The notes under the pieces: model-generated
Told to the model about the DNA's origin: nothing
The model's database searches: none
Seen by the model: only the letters and a program-made list of their open reading frames with translations
Part shown: positions 1 to 12,300 of the stretch, piece by piece
Numbering within the stretch: the stretch's first letter is position 1
How the letters are laid out: each line of letters begins with the position of its first letter
Translations under genes and position numbers: made by a program
Assembly: GCA_002269645.1 (NCBI GenBank)
Contig: NIVC01002249.1
Coordinates: forward strand, 124,001-188,000
Length of the DNA: 64,000 nucleotides
Direction of reading: 5' to 3'
Origin: Macrostomum lignano
Lineage: Eukaryota

Positions 1-753
1 TAGCCAACAGATCCCGTGTGGCCATCTGATCAGGTTTTTCGCCCGGTTTTGCTCTGGCTTGCTATGTTTTTTGCCCCATTTCCAGGCGAAGAACATAAAC
101 CAGGCGAATTTATCCGGTTTTTCTCTGCCTTTCTAAACCAGGCGAAATTCCGGAGGAAAAACCGTACGAGTGCTCTGGTTTTTTACCCGGTCCTTCGCCA
201 GGTTTGGAACCAGTTTAGTAACGCAGGGAAATCCGGAGTAAAAGCGGATGAAATAACATTTCCGGCTGGAATTTTGCCCGGTTCTTTCTCTGGTTCTTCG
301 ACCGGACAAGAGCCGGATAAAAGAGCTGATGAAAGCCTTTAATTCAGGATTGGGTTGAAAATGGTATGGGAGACACAGTGTATAATTGACAATTGACATG
401 AAGATTTTCTTGTAATTGCATGTCCTGTAATGTGCTCCTGTTTTGTTCTCTTGCAGTATTTTTTCCGCTCATCTTTATACATATCATATGAGCGTCTTTG
501 TATGTCACATTACGAGCGTAGTTCACGTAAACTGAGAATAAAAATATATTGTCATTTTAATGCTGTCATCGCACACATTTCTGAAGGCTGCATGCTACTG
601 TGGGATTCCAACGTTGATTTCCTCTTTTACAAAAATGTATAAGCAAAGTCCCATCCCCGAATTGGCCCGCTAGGCGTAGCGTACGTAGCAGCCTTTGTTA
701 ATAAAGTTTCATGAATTTCCAGTGCTGGTAATTAAGAAACCTGAAATAATCAG

Positions 754-3514
754 CGGGCGCGACGACTGCAACAAAATATTGACGCGGCCTGCGCTGAGTT
801 GACTGACCGACCGCGTTCCCCGGTTAGTCGCGCTGTACCTAGTACTTCGCGCAGCAGTAGCACTGTCGTCGCAGCATCGTCGCAGCTTCTCAGAGGTGCC
901 GAGTCCGTAGACACCGGTGACAGTGAGCCCTCCGAGCATGGTGAGTAGCATCGAGGATCTGCAAAAAGCGGCCCCGATATCCGTTGATACAGAAAAACTA
1001 TCGCGCGTTTCCCACAGACTCCAGTGACGGCAGCAGTGGAGGCGACCAAAGCCGCAGTGACGCTGAGTCCGTAAACAGCGCTGGCCGCAATGGCAGCGAC
1101 GGTACAGAGACACCCGACTCTTAGCCCTCTGAGCATGGTGAGTAGCATCGAGGATCTGCAAAAAGCGGCCCCGATATCCGTTGATACAGAAAAACTATCG
1201 CGCGTTTCCCACAGACTCCAGTGACGGACGTGACGCTGAGTCACTTGACTCCAGCGACAGCGATGGCCAGGAACAGCCAGTTCTTGATCCCTGGCTACAG
1301 CTACCGTGGCACAACGGCGAACCCATCACGGGCACCATTGGTGAAGCTGTGTGTCATATCAACGACTGCGCCATTGATCTTGGAATCCCAAGTAAAAAAA
1401 TAACCAGACTTCTACGTCTTGTGCATTGTCTGGTTCCGGGAAGTCGAATTCCGCGCACTGCAAGAACTATGTGGCGGACGCTAAAGTCCGCCCAGAGTTA
1501 CATCGGCTCCGCAAAATGCGTCACTGTGTGCAACGAGTGCTACGTAAACTACCGAGGAGACTGCAGTCAAAACGGTGGACATTGCAGTGACTGCGGATCA
1601 ATGAGAGTCGCAAACTTCTGGGTTTTCAACATTAGAAAGCAGATCCGAACTCACATAGAGTCATGTGGACTGCTGCATAATTTGACTTTTCCTTCCGACT
1701 TCAATCCGCACGAAGACACCATCCATTTCTACAACAGTCACCTGTACAGACAGTTTCGGGAGTCGATAAACCTAGTTGCTAAGAGCGACCTCTCGTATAC
1801 TCTGAGCTCTGATGGGTTTCCAGCACGGTCAACCAGCAAGGTAGAGGTGTGTCCAGTCTACTTAAGCATCAACGAGGTTCACGATCATGTCAAGTTGCGC
1901 TATGACATAATCTATGGGCTCTGGGCTGCTAAGACCAAAGTGAGTTCAGCGGCTTTCCTTCCGGTGGTCGTCGACGCGCTGATTTCTTTACGCATCCGGG
2001 GCGTAACGTACACTGGCGCTGATGGAGTTCAGCGTACGATACGCTTCCATCCGTTGCTAGCAATGTTCGACTCACCGGCTCGTGCAGATGCGCTCCGCAT
2101 GCGACGATGCACGGCTATCTACGGCTGCGAGAAGTGCTACATTGCTACGCGTCTTCATCCTTCAGGCTCTGGGCGTGTCTTCGACGTCGGCTTAACGCCA
2201 GCAATGCAGAATGCTGCTCGACGTCTAGGTTGTCTGCAAACTGTCCTGCGGAGCATGGCAGATACGCGCAGATTAGCGGAGCAACACCTAGCAGGTGCTC
2301 GGCACCAGAACACAGACACATTGGGTGTCCGAGGCCACTCTCCGTTAGGACGCCTCCCGGGCTTTGACTTCATGCGCGGATGTCCGCCGTGTTATCTCCA
2401 CCAGCTGCACCTAGGTCTGGTCCGGATGATAATGTACCAATTATTCCTGGTGCGGGCCGAGAAGCCGGACCGAGGAGAAACTAATTGTCCGGACCTGCAC
2501 CGGCTTCAACATCAGGTCGATGAGCCGCTGCTCCGCATCCGGCTGCCCATCAACGTCCAACGACATTAAGTGCGTCCACTGAGTGACCTCCGCAATTTCC
2601 GTGGGCACGAGTTTGAAATGTGACTGATGGCTTACGGCCCCCTCGTTTTGGAAGCCGTCCTACCACCCGCCCACTACCAGCATCTGTTACTTCTTTCCGC
2701 TGCAGTGTTTTGGATGACTGCCGATTATGCGCCTCTGTCTGAGTTGCGGCACGTAGAGATTGCATTGCGACACTTCCACGACAAACTGTATAGGTTGTAC
2801 TCCTTAAGAGCACTAACCTATAATGCTCATCAGGTGTGCTGCCACATGCTGACATACGTCCATCTGGCCGGCTCTGCGCACCGCCTATCGGCTGGAATTT
2901 TCGAAAGCACGCACTTGCGCCTGCATGGGACGCGGCGCATCGACGTCGAGCTGGTTGGCGCCGTGGAGCGCCACATCGGCACCATCCAAGCGCGAGCGCG
3001 ACTGATCGGGCACGGGGATCAGCAAGACGAAGAGGAATTATTCCGTCGAACAGAAGTACTCACCCTTCCAGATTTCGTGCTTCGTCGACCGAAGCGCTGG
3101 CAAGTCGGATGGCACAGTGCCACTCTGAAATCCGGTTGGACAATACGAATTTTCACTCCCGGATGTCAGGATGCGGCAGGCTTCGTGGCCATCGAAGGTG
3201 ACACTACGACGGATTTCCGATTCTGCCGAGTGCAAACCATCGAATGTCAAGGTGAGCAGGTTAGGCTCGGACTGCTCGTACTGCCAGTTCTCGCGGCCGT
3301 CGACCCGCTGGAGGAACTAGCACAGGTTGCCACAACGTCACCTAATCGAGGCTGTCGACTCGCGCACTTCCGAGTATTCGCATGCGATCCCTTCGGCGAC
3401 TTGAGCTACCTCGGCGACCCGATTCATGTGGGGCTGCCACAGTTTCGTGGCGTCTGTGTCGTCACCGACACAAAAGTAGCTCTGCTGGCCCATCCGCAGT
3501 TGGGCTATTCGTAG
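754..3514 (+). pseudogene. CMC/EnSpm DDE transposase (TnpD-like) with in-frame stops
   Basis: Motifs: CNEC..CSDC; LSSDGF (D1); VCPVYLSINE; GLWAAKTK; FDSPAR (D2); YGCEKC; YLHQLHLGLV; TYNAHQ; IFES (E). ORFs 1181-2569 and 2627-3514 are in the same frame, separated by TAA 2567-2569 and TGA 2621-2623. Two predicted 77-bp introns lie at 941-1017 and 1138-1214, with TAG at 1122-1124. True start not located. Confidence 0.88.
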
Positions 3515-3872
3515 AGTCTGCTGGCGTCCGTGGCAATGGGATAACTGATTGACAGGCTGTGATAACTGATTGACAGGCTAGGATAACTGATTGCCAGCAC
3601 AAAACGTATTTTCCTTTCGTTTTTTCCTTACTTTACGATTGGCAAAAAATAATCAAATTTCTATTATATTTTTTAACAAACTGTACTAGCCGTTTTAATT
3701 GTTAGCGATTTTGTAAAAATGTATATATATGCACGTAATAGTAGATGCAATTAAACCAGAAAATTGAGTCCGGTTTCCAGAAGCATCTGGATGAGATGCT
3801 TTATGAGTCATATGTAGTGAAGTGATACATTTTGGCTCTAGAAAGTTCCCATCCAGATTGAATGTATTTTAA

Positions 3873-3982
3873 CCAATGAATGCGCTCCAAATAGCAAAGC
3901 TGAGGACACGACCCTAACGTCAACCAATGAAAAGCAGTTATGTACCATCCAATGCGATTAAGACTGAAAAGTAGTATAAAAG
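3873..3982 (+). promoter_or_regulatory. Putative Pol II promoter inside the transposon (3 CCAAT boxes + TATAAAA)
   Basis: CCAAT at 3873, 3924 and 3949, TATAAAAG at 3975, then a pyrimidine-rich tract; upstream of accessory ORF 4623. Confidence 0.35.
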
Positions 3983-4622
3983 CTCATGTTAACCAAGCAA
4001 GAAGCTCGCCTTTTCTCTCTTCCGCGCCTCTTCTCGCCCTCGCCTCTCTTTCGCCCTTCTCCTAGCCTACCTCTTTTGACTATTTTGATTGACACAGTTA
4101 GGGTGTCAACCCAAACGCTGAAACTAATTAATTGACTCACTAAAGCTAAACCAACACCCAATTCACGTTCTACAATAGACTGAACCTTCGGTTCACCCGA
4201 ACAATTAGAAACCCTTTGTAACTTAAGCTGAACGAGCTTCTTATTTGGAATTCCATCTTAGACACTATATTTTGTAAGATAACACCTCGAGATTGTGACC
4301 ATCAAATACAACGGTCTGTAAGTTAACACCAAGTGTTTGCATCATCAGGAAAAGTCAGTTGAATCCGCCGCCTCAGTTATTTGGCTCTCACATTGATATT
4401 TGAAGTAGAACAAGAGCCATACTCGTAGAAGTGAGAGACCAGAACGATAACGATAACATACGTATATACGTATATAATTTTAAAATATTTCAGTAGCTTA
4501 TTTACGTGTTACTTCCGTATACTATATTCACTTCATTTTTGTTGTGTTCATATGCATAAGAATAAGAATATTCTTATAGGTGGTCAAAACCCTTTTCAGA
4601 CTGACCCCATTGGATTTAAATC

Positions 4623-5408
4623 ATGTCGGATCGCCCCATAATTGACTGGCCAAAACTTTTCGACCGAATGATCGCTGACGGGGATGCCCGTGCCAACGTC
4701 GACTTCGATGACGGCAGCGACACCACAATCGGTGGTCACTCTCCCGGCCCGCCACCAACGTCGACTCAGGCTGCGTCCCAGTCTCTGCTTACTGCTTCTA
4801 CAGCCTTTACTTGGCCGCTGCATGACGGTCCCAAGGCCAACGTCGACTCCGATGACGGCAGCGACACCACAATCGGTGGTCACTCTCCCGGCCCGCCACC
4901 AACGTCGACTCAGGCTGCGTCCCAGTCTCTGCTTACTGCTTCTACAGCCTTTACTTGGCCGCTGCATGACGGTCCCAAGGCCAACGTCGACTCCGATGAC
5001 GGCAGCGACACCACAATCGGTGGTCACTCTCCCGGCCCGCCACCAACGTCGACCCGCGCGCGAGCCACTGCTGAGTCCAAGTATACGTGGGATGACTACA
5101 ACCGGCTACCACCGGCTGCTCCACCGTCATTTGAGTCGAGGCGTTGGGACGAGCGACGCCTACTACCTGCGCAAACTTGCCCGGACTGCGCCTCATGGTA
5201 AGCGGAGCTGTCGCCGACTAGCCGAGCACGCCGCTTAGCGCTGCACGGCCGCCACCGACACAGGCGGATCGTGCAAGCGCTAAACTTCTTCGCGATTGAA
5301 ATGCCGCCATCACCACCTCCCGTACCGTTGGATCAATTGAAAGTGAGGAAGCGGCGTCGAAGGCCGCTTCGGGGTCTGTCACCGAGACCCCGCACTGAAT
5401 ACGAGTGA
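4623..5408 (+). pseudogene. Transposon accessory ORF2, unknown function (one in-frame stop)
   Basis: ATG at 4623. The frame continues through TAA 5199-5201 (CPDCASW*AELSPTSRARRLALHGRHRH...) to TGA 5406-5408. Contains about 2.5 copies of a 144-bp (48-aa) repeat at 4692-5054. Confidence 0.5.
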
Positions 5409-5724
5409 CTACTGCGATTGATGGACTGGAGACTGCCTCAATTGATGGATTGATGACATTGAGATGATGATGACATTGAGATGATGGACGTTAGACATGC
5501 ACGTTTGTATGTATACCAGCATATGCTGATAAATACACAAGGCCTTGTTGCCGGCACAATTTGTACGGACTTTTTGATTGAGGAGGAAACCGACAGCCTT
5601 AATTGTTACTCTTGAGTCCAGGCCTAGTTAAAGGAACGTACGAGTACAATTACATTTCACCCATGTGAACACAGAACACAGTATTGACACAAAAAACTCA
5701 CCTTTTTCAGCTGCCCTAATCCTA

Positions 5725-6909
5725 ATGGGCACAGGAAAGAAGACTACTGCCGTAGTCGGCAAGTCGAAATCAAATTCCACGTCCACTTCAAAGTCGAAGT
5801 CGAAGCCGACCTCCAAATCAGCTCCAACAAAGGCGCCGTCGAGTAAGTCTGGTGGAAAGAAGCGCAAAGCTGTGACTGATGACGATGAGTCATTGAGTCA
5901 ATTTCTCGGTCGTACTGCCGAAAAATCATGTCGACTGCAGGATCCGCTATTGTCAGCCATCGAAGATACTGACACCATGTCTGCTGCACAGACTTCGGGC
6001 CCTTCTTCGTCTGCTGTCGCAGAGGGCACCCAACGGGATGACGTTTTCATACAGCATGACATGGTGCCCTACGAACGTGAAGCGGTACCGCGATTCTTTA
6101 TTTTTAAGTACTCCAACTATTTCGAAAAAAACAGACGTTTTCAGCACGCGCGATGACATTGTTGGACGCAAACGCGAGTTCCCGAGTAACGTCGTCGATG
6201 TCGGCAGCGAAGTCTTAATTGTCGTCGCTAAGGCGAACAGGACGGCCGCGAAAAAATGGCTCGGGACACTAGTACGTGGGCCGTTCGCTTCCAGAAGCAT
6301 CGCGACCGGCACAGCGGTCCTAGGAAACGTACACGCTCAGCCATCGGAACTTCCACGTGCCTGTGCATCCTGCCGGACGTTTGCTATAGAGAACGAGCGA
6401 CAGTCGTCGCTTATAGACACCCTGCGTGAGTGCCATCAATTGTTGGTCGTTACTTGTGCACTTTCAGGTAGGGTATAGTGCCTTTTTTGTTTGAACCACC
6501 GCATACTTTTCTAGGGAGCCAGTTACAGCACAGCACAGTTGAAGAAACGAATCAGCGAGAAAGCGTCCGACTATTAACGGAGCAGCTTCGTGTCGCGAAT
6601 CGTATGGAGCGGACGCTTTTACGCCAACTGGAGGACGAGCAGCATCGTAACGTGCTGCTGGTCAGCAGCATGCAGCAGTGCAACTCGCTGCTTATTCAGG
6701 GGTCAGAGCTGCTTTCCCAGAATGCCCGCGAAGTCTCTCAGCCAACCCTCTCGAATACAACAGCTGCATCTGACGCCAATGACGCCGATGACGGCGAAGA
6801 TGCCAGAGAGGTCGAAATGCGGCATCTGGAGGGGGGGCGATCAGAGCGCCATGGACGGCACAGTCAGCTGCGGCGACTTTTGAACATACTTTTGGCCAGT
6901 CAGAAGTGA
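5725..6909 (+). pseudogene. Transposon accessory ORF3 (TnpA-like position): K/S-rich N-terminus, central globular region, coiled-coil C-terminus
   Basis: Three track ORFs (5665-6156, 6038-6478, 6478-6909) join into one protein with a 1-nt frameshift at the A7 run 6125-6131 and an in-frame 47-bp GT-AG intron at 6468-6514. Confidence 0.5.
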
Positions 6910-7194
6910 TTTTAAATTCCCGCATTTATGCGCCTAGATGACTAGCGACTATGCGTCTACTGACTGTATTCTACAACATCTTTGGAATAAAAAAAACAGA
7001 GGAGTATATTGATCTTGTAGGTGATTTGGAACAGTTTGATGAATTGCAAGATGGAACGTTACATAGTTTGTATTAACACTAACTGACAATTGTCTTACTT
7101 CTTTAATCTTCACGGTCGGTATCCGTTGACAGAAGCGCACTGTAGATGTTTTACTAAGTCGGCACTACATATTTCCGAGATGAAGGGTTTTTCG

Positions 7195-7914
7195 TCCGGT
7201 TTGATCGTCGTGTCGCTTTCGTTAGGTTTTAGTCTGATTTTGCTCCGGATATTCGTCCGGTTGGGTCGTTGTGTCGCTTTCGTTAGGTTTTAGTCTGATT
7301 TTGCTCCGGATATTCGTCCGGTTGGGTCGTCGTGTCGCTTTCGTTAGGTTTTAGTCTGATTTTGCTCCGGATATTCGTCCGGTTGGGTCGTTGTGTCGCT
7401 TTCGTTAGGTTTTAGTCTGATTTTGCTCCGGATATTCGTCCGGTTGGGTCGTCGTGTCGCTTTCGTTAGGTTTTAGTCTGATTTTGCTCCGGATATTCGT
7501 CCGGTTGGGTCGTTGTGTCGCTTTCGTTAGGTTTTAGTCTGATTTTGCTCCGGATATTCGTCCGGTTGGGTCGTCGTGTCGCTTTCGTTAGGTTTTAGTC
7601 TGATTTTGCTCCGGATATTCGTCCGGTTGGGTCGTCGTGTCGCTTTCGTTAGGTTTTAGTCTGATTTTGCTCCGGATATTCGTCCGGTTGGGTCGTTGTG
7701 TCGCTTTCGTTAGGTTTTAGTCTGATTTTGCTCCGGATATTCGTCCGGTTGGGTCGTCGTGTCGCTTTCGTTAGGTTTTAGTCTGATTTTGCTCCGGATA
7801 TTCGTCCGGTTGGGTCGTTGTGTCGCTTTCGTTAGGTTTTAGTCTGATTTTGCTCCGGATATTCGTCCGGTTGGGTCGTTGTGTCGCTTTCGTTAGGTTT
7901 TAGTCTGATTTTGC
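7195..7914. repeat. Subterminal tandem array, 61-bp unit, about 12 copies
   Basis: Unit GTTAGGTTTTAGTCTGATTTTGCTCCGGATATTCGTCCGGTTGGGTCGTYGTGTCGCTTTC recurs at 7221, 7282 ... 7892. Confidence 0.95.
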
Positions 7915-8275
7915 CTCGGTTATTTGCCGGGTTCTGCTATTGCACTTTCATCCGGTCATTTGTCGGGTTTTATTCAGGGTACTCATCATTTTGAGTAGCC
8001 GAAGAGAAACCCGAGAAAATACATGATGTCCTCTACGAAATTCCTGACGAACAACCAGACGAAACTGCCGTCTTCGTCCGTTTTCGAGACCACTTTCCCG
8101 AGGATTTTCGGGTTTTTAGATAGGAAAAAATGTATTACAAACCGGGAAAAAATCCCGATCGCCTACCGGGCGAAAAACCTGATCAGATGGCCACACGGGG
8201 AATTTCAAAACTAAGCGGCTAGACCAAAGATTGTAAAACAGTGAAAAGTGCAGCCTCAATAAATAGGCAATTCAC

Positions 8276-8691
8276 CTATTATAAGCAGCCTCCAGCTCGG
8301 CGCAGTGCCTCTCCTCAAACTGCCACCAGCCGTTGCGACCTTCGTAGTACCAGCCGCGCTGTCTGCATGCCGGGTCAGACGCGCAATCGACAGAATCAGC
8401 GGCCGCCGCCTCGGCGTTACCACTGGCAACGAGGACGCCAACGCTAGACGCGGCGGCCGACTCCTGCGGCAGGCGGGGTCGGGCGAAAAAATCGGCAGGT
8501 ATCCGCGACCGGCACAGGGGGCAGCGCATCGAACGGAGGGCGGCGCCTTTGATGCACAGGAAGCAGAAGCGGTGGGGGCAGGCCGGCAGGGACACGGGGT
8601 GCACCATAGGGCTAAGACACACGGCGCATTCATCACATGATGCTGCAGCCATGCCAACAGCAGGTTTGTTACTATGCTCCTGAGTATGCAT
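8276..8691 (-). CDS. RNF146: E3 ubiquitin ligase RNF146 (Iduna)-like, RING + start of WWE exon (partial gene)
   Basis: CAVCLSPMVHPVSLPACPHRFCFLCIKGA...CPLCRSRIPADF (RING), then WYYEGRNGWWQFEER..ELEAAY (RNF146 WWE). Exon ends at donor AG|GTGAAT (8276/8275). The rest of the WWE domain is not in the window. Start is ATG 8652 or 8691. Confidence 0.9.
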
Positions 8692-9002
8692 GAAGTGAAA
8701 AACATTTGTCTGATCTTATACTTTTATAAAATAAATTTTATATAAGCGATCTTGCATGCACATTAGGGAGCCAACAATTTAAGTAAAGTATCTTTTTTTC
8801 TTTGAATTTTCTCGTTTTATGGCTACTGTGCGAAATTGCATTTACCATTCATTTTAATTAAACCAATCAATCATTTTAGAGGCTATATCCTATATACTAT
8901 AGCTCAATATGAGTTAATACTAGCAATCCAGTCCATTTGGGGAGTGCAAAAATGAAAATGAAAATATGGCTGAAAATATTAAAGAATGGACCCATGCTTC
9001 CA

Positions 9003-9355
9003 GTTAGCCTTGACATCTCAGCAATTCTCCCAGTAAGCCTTGACATCTCAACAATCCCCCGTAAGCCTTAACATCCCAGCAATTCCCCCCATAAGCCTTG
9101 AAATCCCAGCAATTCCCCCCATAAGCCTTGACATCTTAGCAATTCCCTCAATAAGCCATGACATCTTAGAAATTTTCCCACTAAGCCTTGGAGTTAGCAA
9201 TTTCCACAAAAGCCTTAACATCCCAGCAACTCCCCTAGCTATAAGCCTTGACATCCCAGCAATTCCCCACAAGCCTTGACATCTCAGCAAATCCCTCCAT
9301 AAGCCTCGAAATCTCAGCAGTTCTCCCAGTAAGTCTTGACATATTAGCAATTTCC
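9003..9355. repeat. Degenerate ~30-bp minisatellite
   Basis: Repeated AGCCTTGACATCYCAGCAATTCCC core. Confidence 0.8.
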
Positions 9356-12300
9356 CTTGCTAAAATGTTTTTTTAAGTTCTACAAGATGCTTCATTTATG
9401 TTTGAAATTATGCTTCTTTTATGTTAAGCATAATAATTTTTTTATATGGTGATCCTTTTGTAAGCTTTAATCATGAAGCTTAAAAAAATTATTCTACTAA
9501 AATTCAAACCCAGTCACTGCTGTAGCAGCTTTGTCTATTTGCATCTGGGCTAGCTTTCATTGATCAATATGCTTGTACATAAATTGTAGCACTTATAATT
9601 CAATACTCAAATCACATCAGTTAGAGTAAAAGTCATGATGTAATTTATTTCTCATTCAGTCAGTGTCAATCACAATAATGCAATCTATTTCAGAATACAA
9701 CCAGTCAGTTTTTTCTCTAGCATTCTTACGATGCATTTCAAGTCAAAAGAGCTGCTTGACTGTTTCCAAAAAAGCATGTTTTTTTTTAATATTTAATTCC
9801 TTTAGCATTGAGCAATTTCTTGGCCATGACCCATGTACCGTCACAGAAAATTTTTGATTGAATGGTGCAAGTTTAGTGAAAATTGGTTGAGCCATTTTTT
9901 TATTATTGATTGCATAGACAGACAAACAGACATAGACAGCTTAGATTTAGATATAAAGATTTAATCCAAAGTCATTTAATTCAAAGTCAAAGCATAGGCC
10001 CCAATATTTATATAATAGGCATTTATAATTATATTCCTAATTTAATAAAATTTAGGCCCTATATAAAACATAGAAAGCCTTTATACCTAATATGGCCTAG
10101 ATCTAAGTTTAATTTTGGTATAAATATTTTGACCAAATGTCAAATAATATGAATTGTACAAAACATTAAACTAAAATAAAAAAGCCATGCTTTTTGCAAA
10201 TAGGCCCTAGTGATAATGAGAATCTAGTGAGAAGCAATTTAAGTTTTGTATACATAAAATATAATATTAATTTTTTTGTCCTAGGCTTCTAATCAAATAA
10301 AAGTATTGACAAAAATATTTTAATTTACCCTAGCCAAGCATAGACTGCCCAACTATAATACAAAAATAAAACTTGCCAAAGGTACCTTTCTTAATGAATA
10401 AATATATGTTAACTAGGCCTAGAGCAAATAAAATATATATAATATATTATTGATTTATACAATAATGTAATGTGACTGACAGTATGCTTTTTGTTTTGCT
10501 ATTTTTAACATTTTGTTTGCAGCTTGGGTAGGGTGAGATTGGGATTTCACTTTAGCACTTTTGGTTGGTAGGGCCTAGGCCTATCCTATGATTTTAAGAA
10601 AGTGTCAAAATGAGGTTGGTATGATTGCTATCTTAGTCTAGTAGGCCTATGTATAAGCCCATTACTGCAAATAAACATTAACTATTTGTTATCTGGATCC
10701 TGTCTATTGTGGACTAGGCCTACCTTTTTGACCCATAGAAATCAAGTTAGGCCTCATTGCTTGCATTATTATAAAATGTATTATAGGCGCATTGCTTACT
10801 ATCTTAAAAAATGGTATAAGACCAAGATAGTCACAGCATTAAATCTCTGTTATATCTACTCTTTCTCTCTGTATCATTAATTAGCAACTTAATAGCTATT
10901 GTAATATTAACTAATATGTTTAATCAATCATAATATTTATAAATACTGATGGGAGGCTCACTTAGGCTACAATAATAGATTTGAAATGAATTACCCATAT
11001 TACCCAAAACTAATACCCAAAACTAATACAAAACTTTAATCTTTTTCTGTGTTTGTGCCAATTTATTGCATCTATTAATTAAATCTATCACTAGGCCCCA
11101 CTATTAGTTTATCAAGAAACCAATGCTATACAAAATAGGATATAAATGCAACAAGGTATTTATTTTGTGCTAGGTTACTTGCTTTATGTAGTAGATAAAT
11201 ATAGGTCAGGCTATAATAAAAGCTAAAGCCAAAGGGAATGTTCTTAATTTAAAATAATTCTATTATAGTATCTATCCCCCCAAGACTTAAAGATCTATAG
11301 TATGATATAGTATATCTAATACAAATTAATACCAACAAGAAATGAGTGCATATATATAGGGCCTACATAGACTTATTATTATCTATTTATAAATTTAGAG
11401 CTGCGGCCATCTTGGTGTGTGGCCATCTTGGTCATGCGCCTAAAATAGTATCTTGCATAATCTAGCTAAGATTACATTACTTATTATTAAACTGTGTGGG
11501 ATTAGCAAAGCCTGTGTCATGTAGAACTTATAAAATTTTAATTTAATGACATGAATGTAGTTATATGCACGCACGAAACTACGCTACATCGGTGCGAACA
11601 TAAAGAATGCTGAATGAGTCACAATAAAAAATAAAAATGAGAATTAGGGTCGTTCTCAAAGTTTAGTCGTAAGCAGTGAAACAAATATTTTTGAAAATCA
11701 GCCTGAAATATTGAATCTTTTCTTATTTTAGCTCTAAAAGGACTTAAAAAATATATGCCTCTCATGGGTCTTAATCTTTTTTAACATTGAACTTTTGATG
11801 TTAATCTCATCAGAGTGCGCTATTTCATTTTTCGATATATATTTTTATTATCGCACGAGCTATAATACCCACTTTAGAGAAGCTACATTCTGTTCACGTG
11901 GTCTTATTAAAGAAGAAAATTGATAAATGTTATTTATAACTTTGGTTAACACAACCTAGAACCCATTTAACTCTTTCGATTGCAAAGCAGATGTTGCTAT
12001 TTCGATTTTTGCTGGAAACGTAACATTATGAATGATTAAAAAATTCACTTTTAATTAATTTGTTCTGTTGATAGAATAAGCTAATAGCTGCGTTTTCTGC
12101 TGTTTTTTTTAAGAAAGATAGTCATATCTAACACTAAAGTATCAATTAAGGCAGTTTCATTCTATATTAAAAAAGAAAAGTTAAATAAATTCAATTTTAA
12201 GTTTTTTTCAATAGCACAAAATTAACCTAACAAAGAGAGATTTCGCTGACTACAACAAAGCAAGTAGCACCAAAGTTATTTTAATTTAAAGTCCTCATCT

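Larger units (their letters stand above)
13..8199 (+). mobile_element. Complete CMC/EnSpm (CACTA-superfamily) DNA transposon, 8187 bp
   Basis: Perfect 35-bp TIR: CCCGTGTGGCCATCTGATCAGGTTTTTCGCCCGGT at 13-47 and its reverse complement at 8165-8199. It has CCC termini (CMC-type), CCGG/T-run subterminal motifs, a Transposase_21-like ORF and a subterminal 61-bp array. Flanks GAT/GAA give only an imperfect 3-bp TSD. Confidence 0.92.

Noticed and set aside
3813-4460. Solo LTR inside the CMC element
   Set aside because: TG...CA ends can be chosen and promoter motifs are present, but there is no matching TSD and no second copy.
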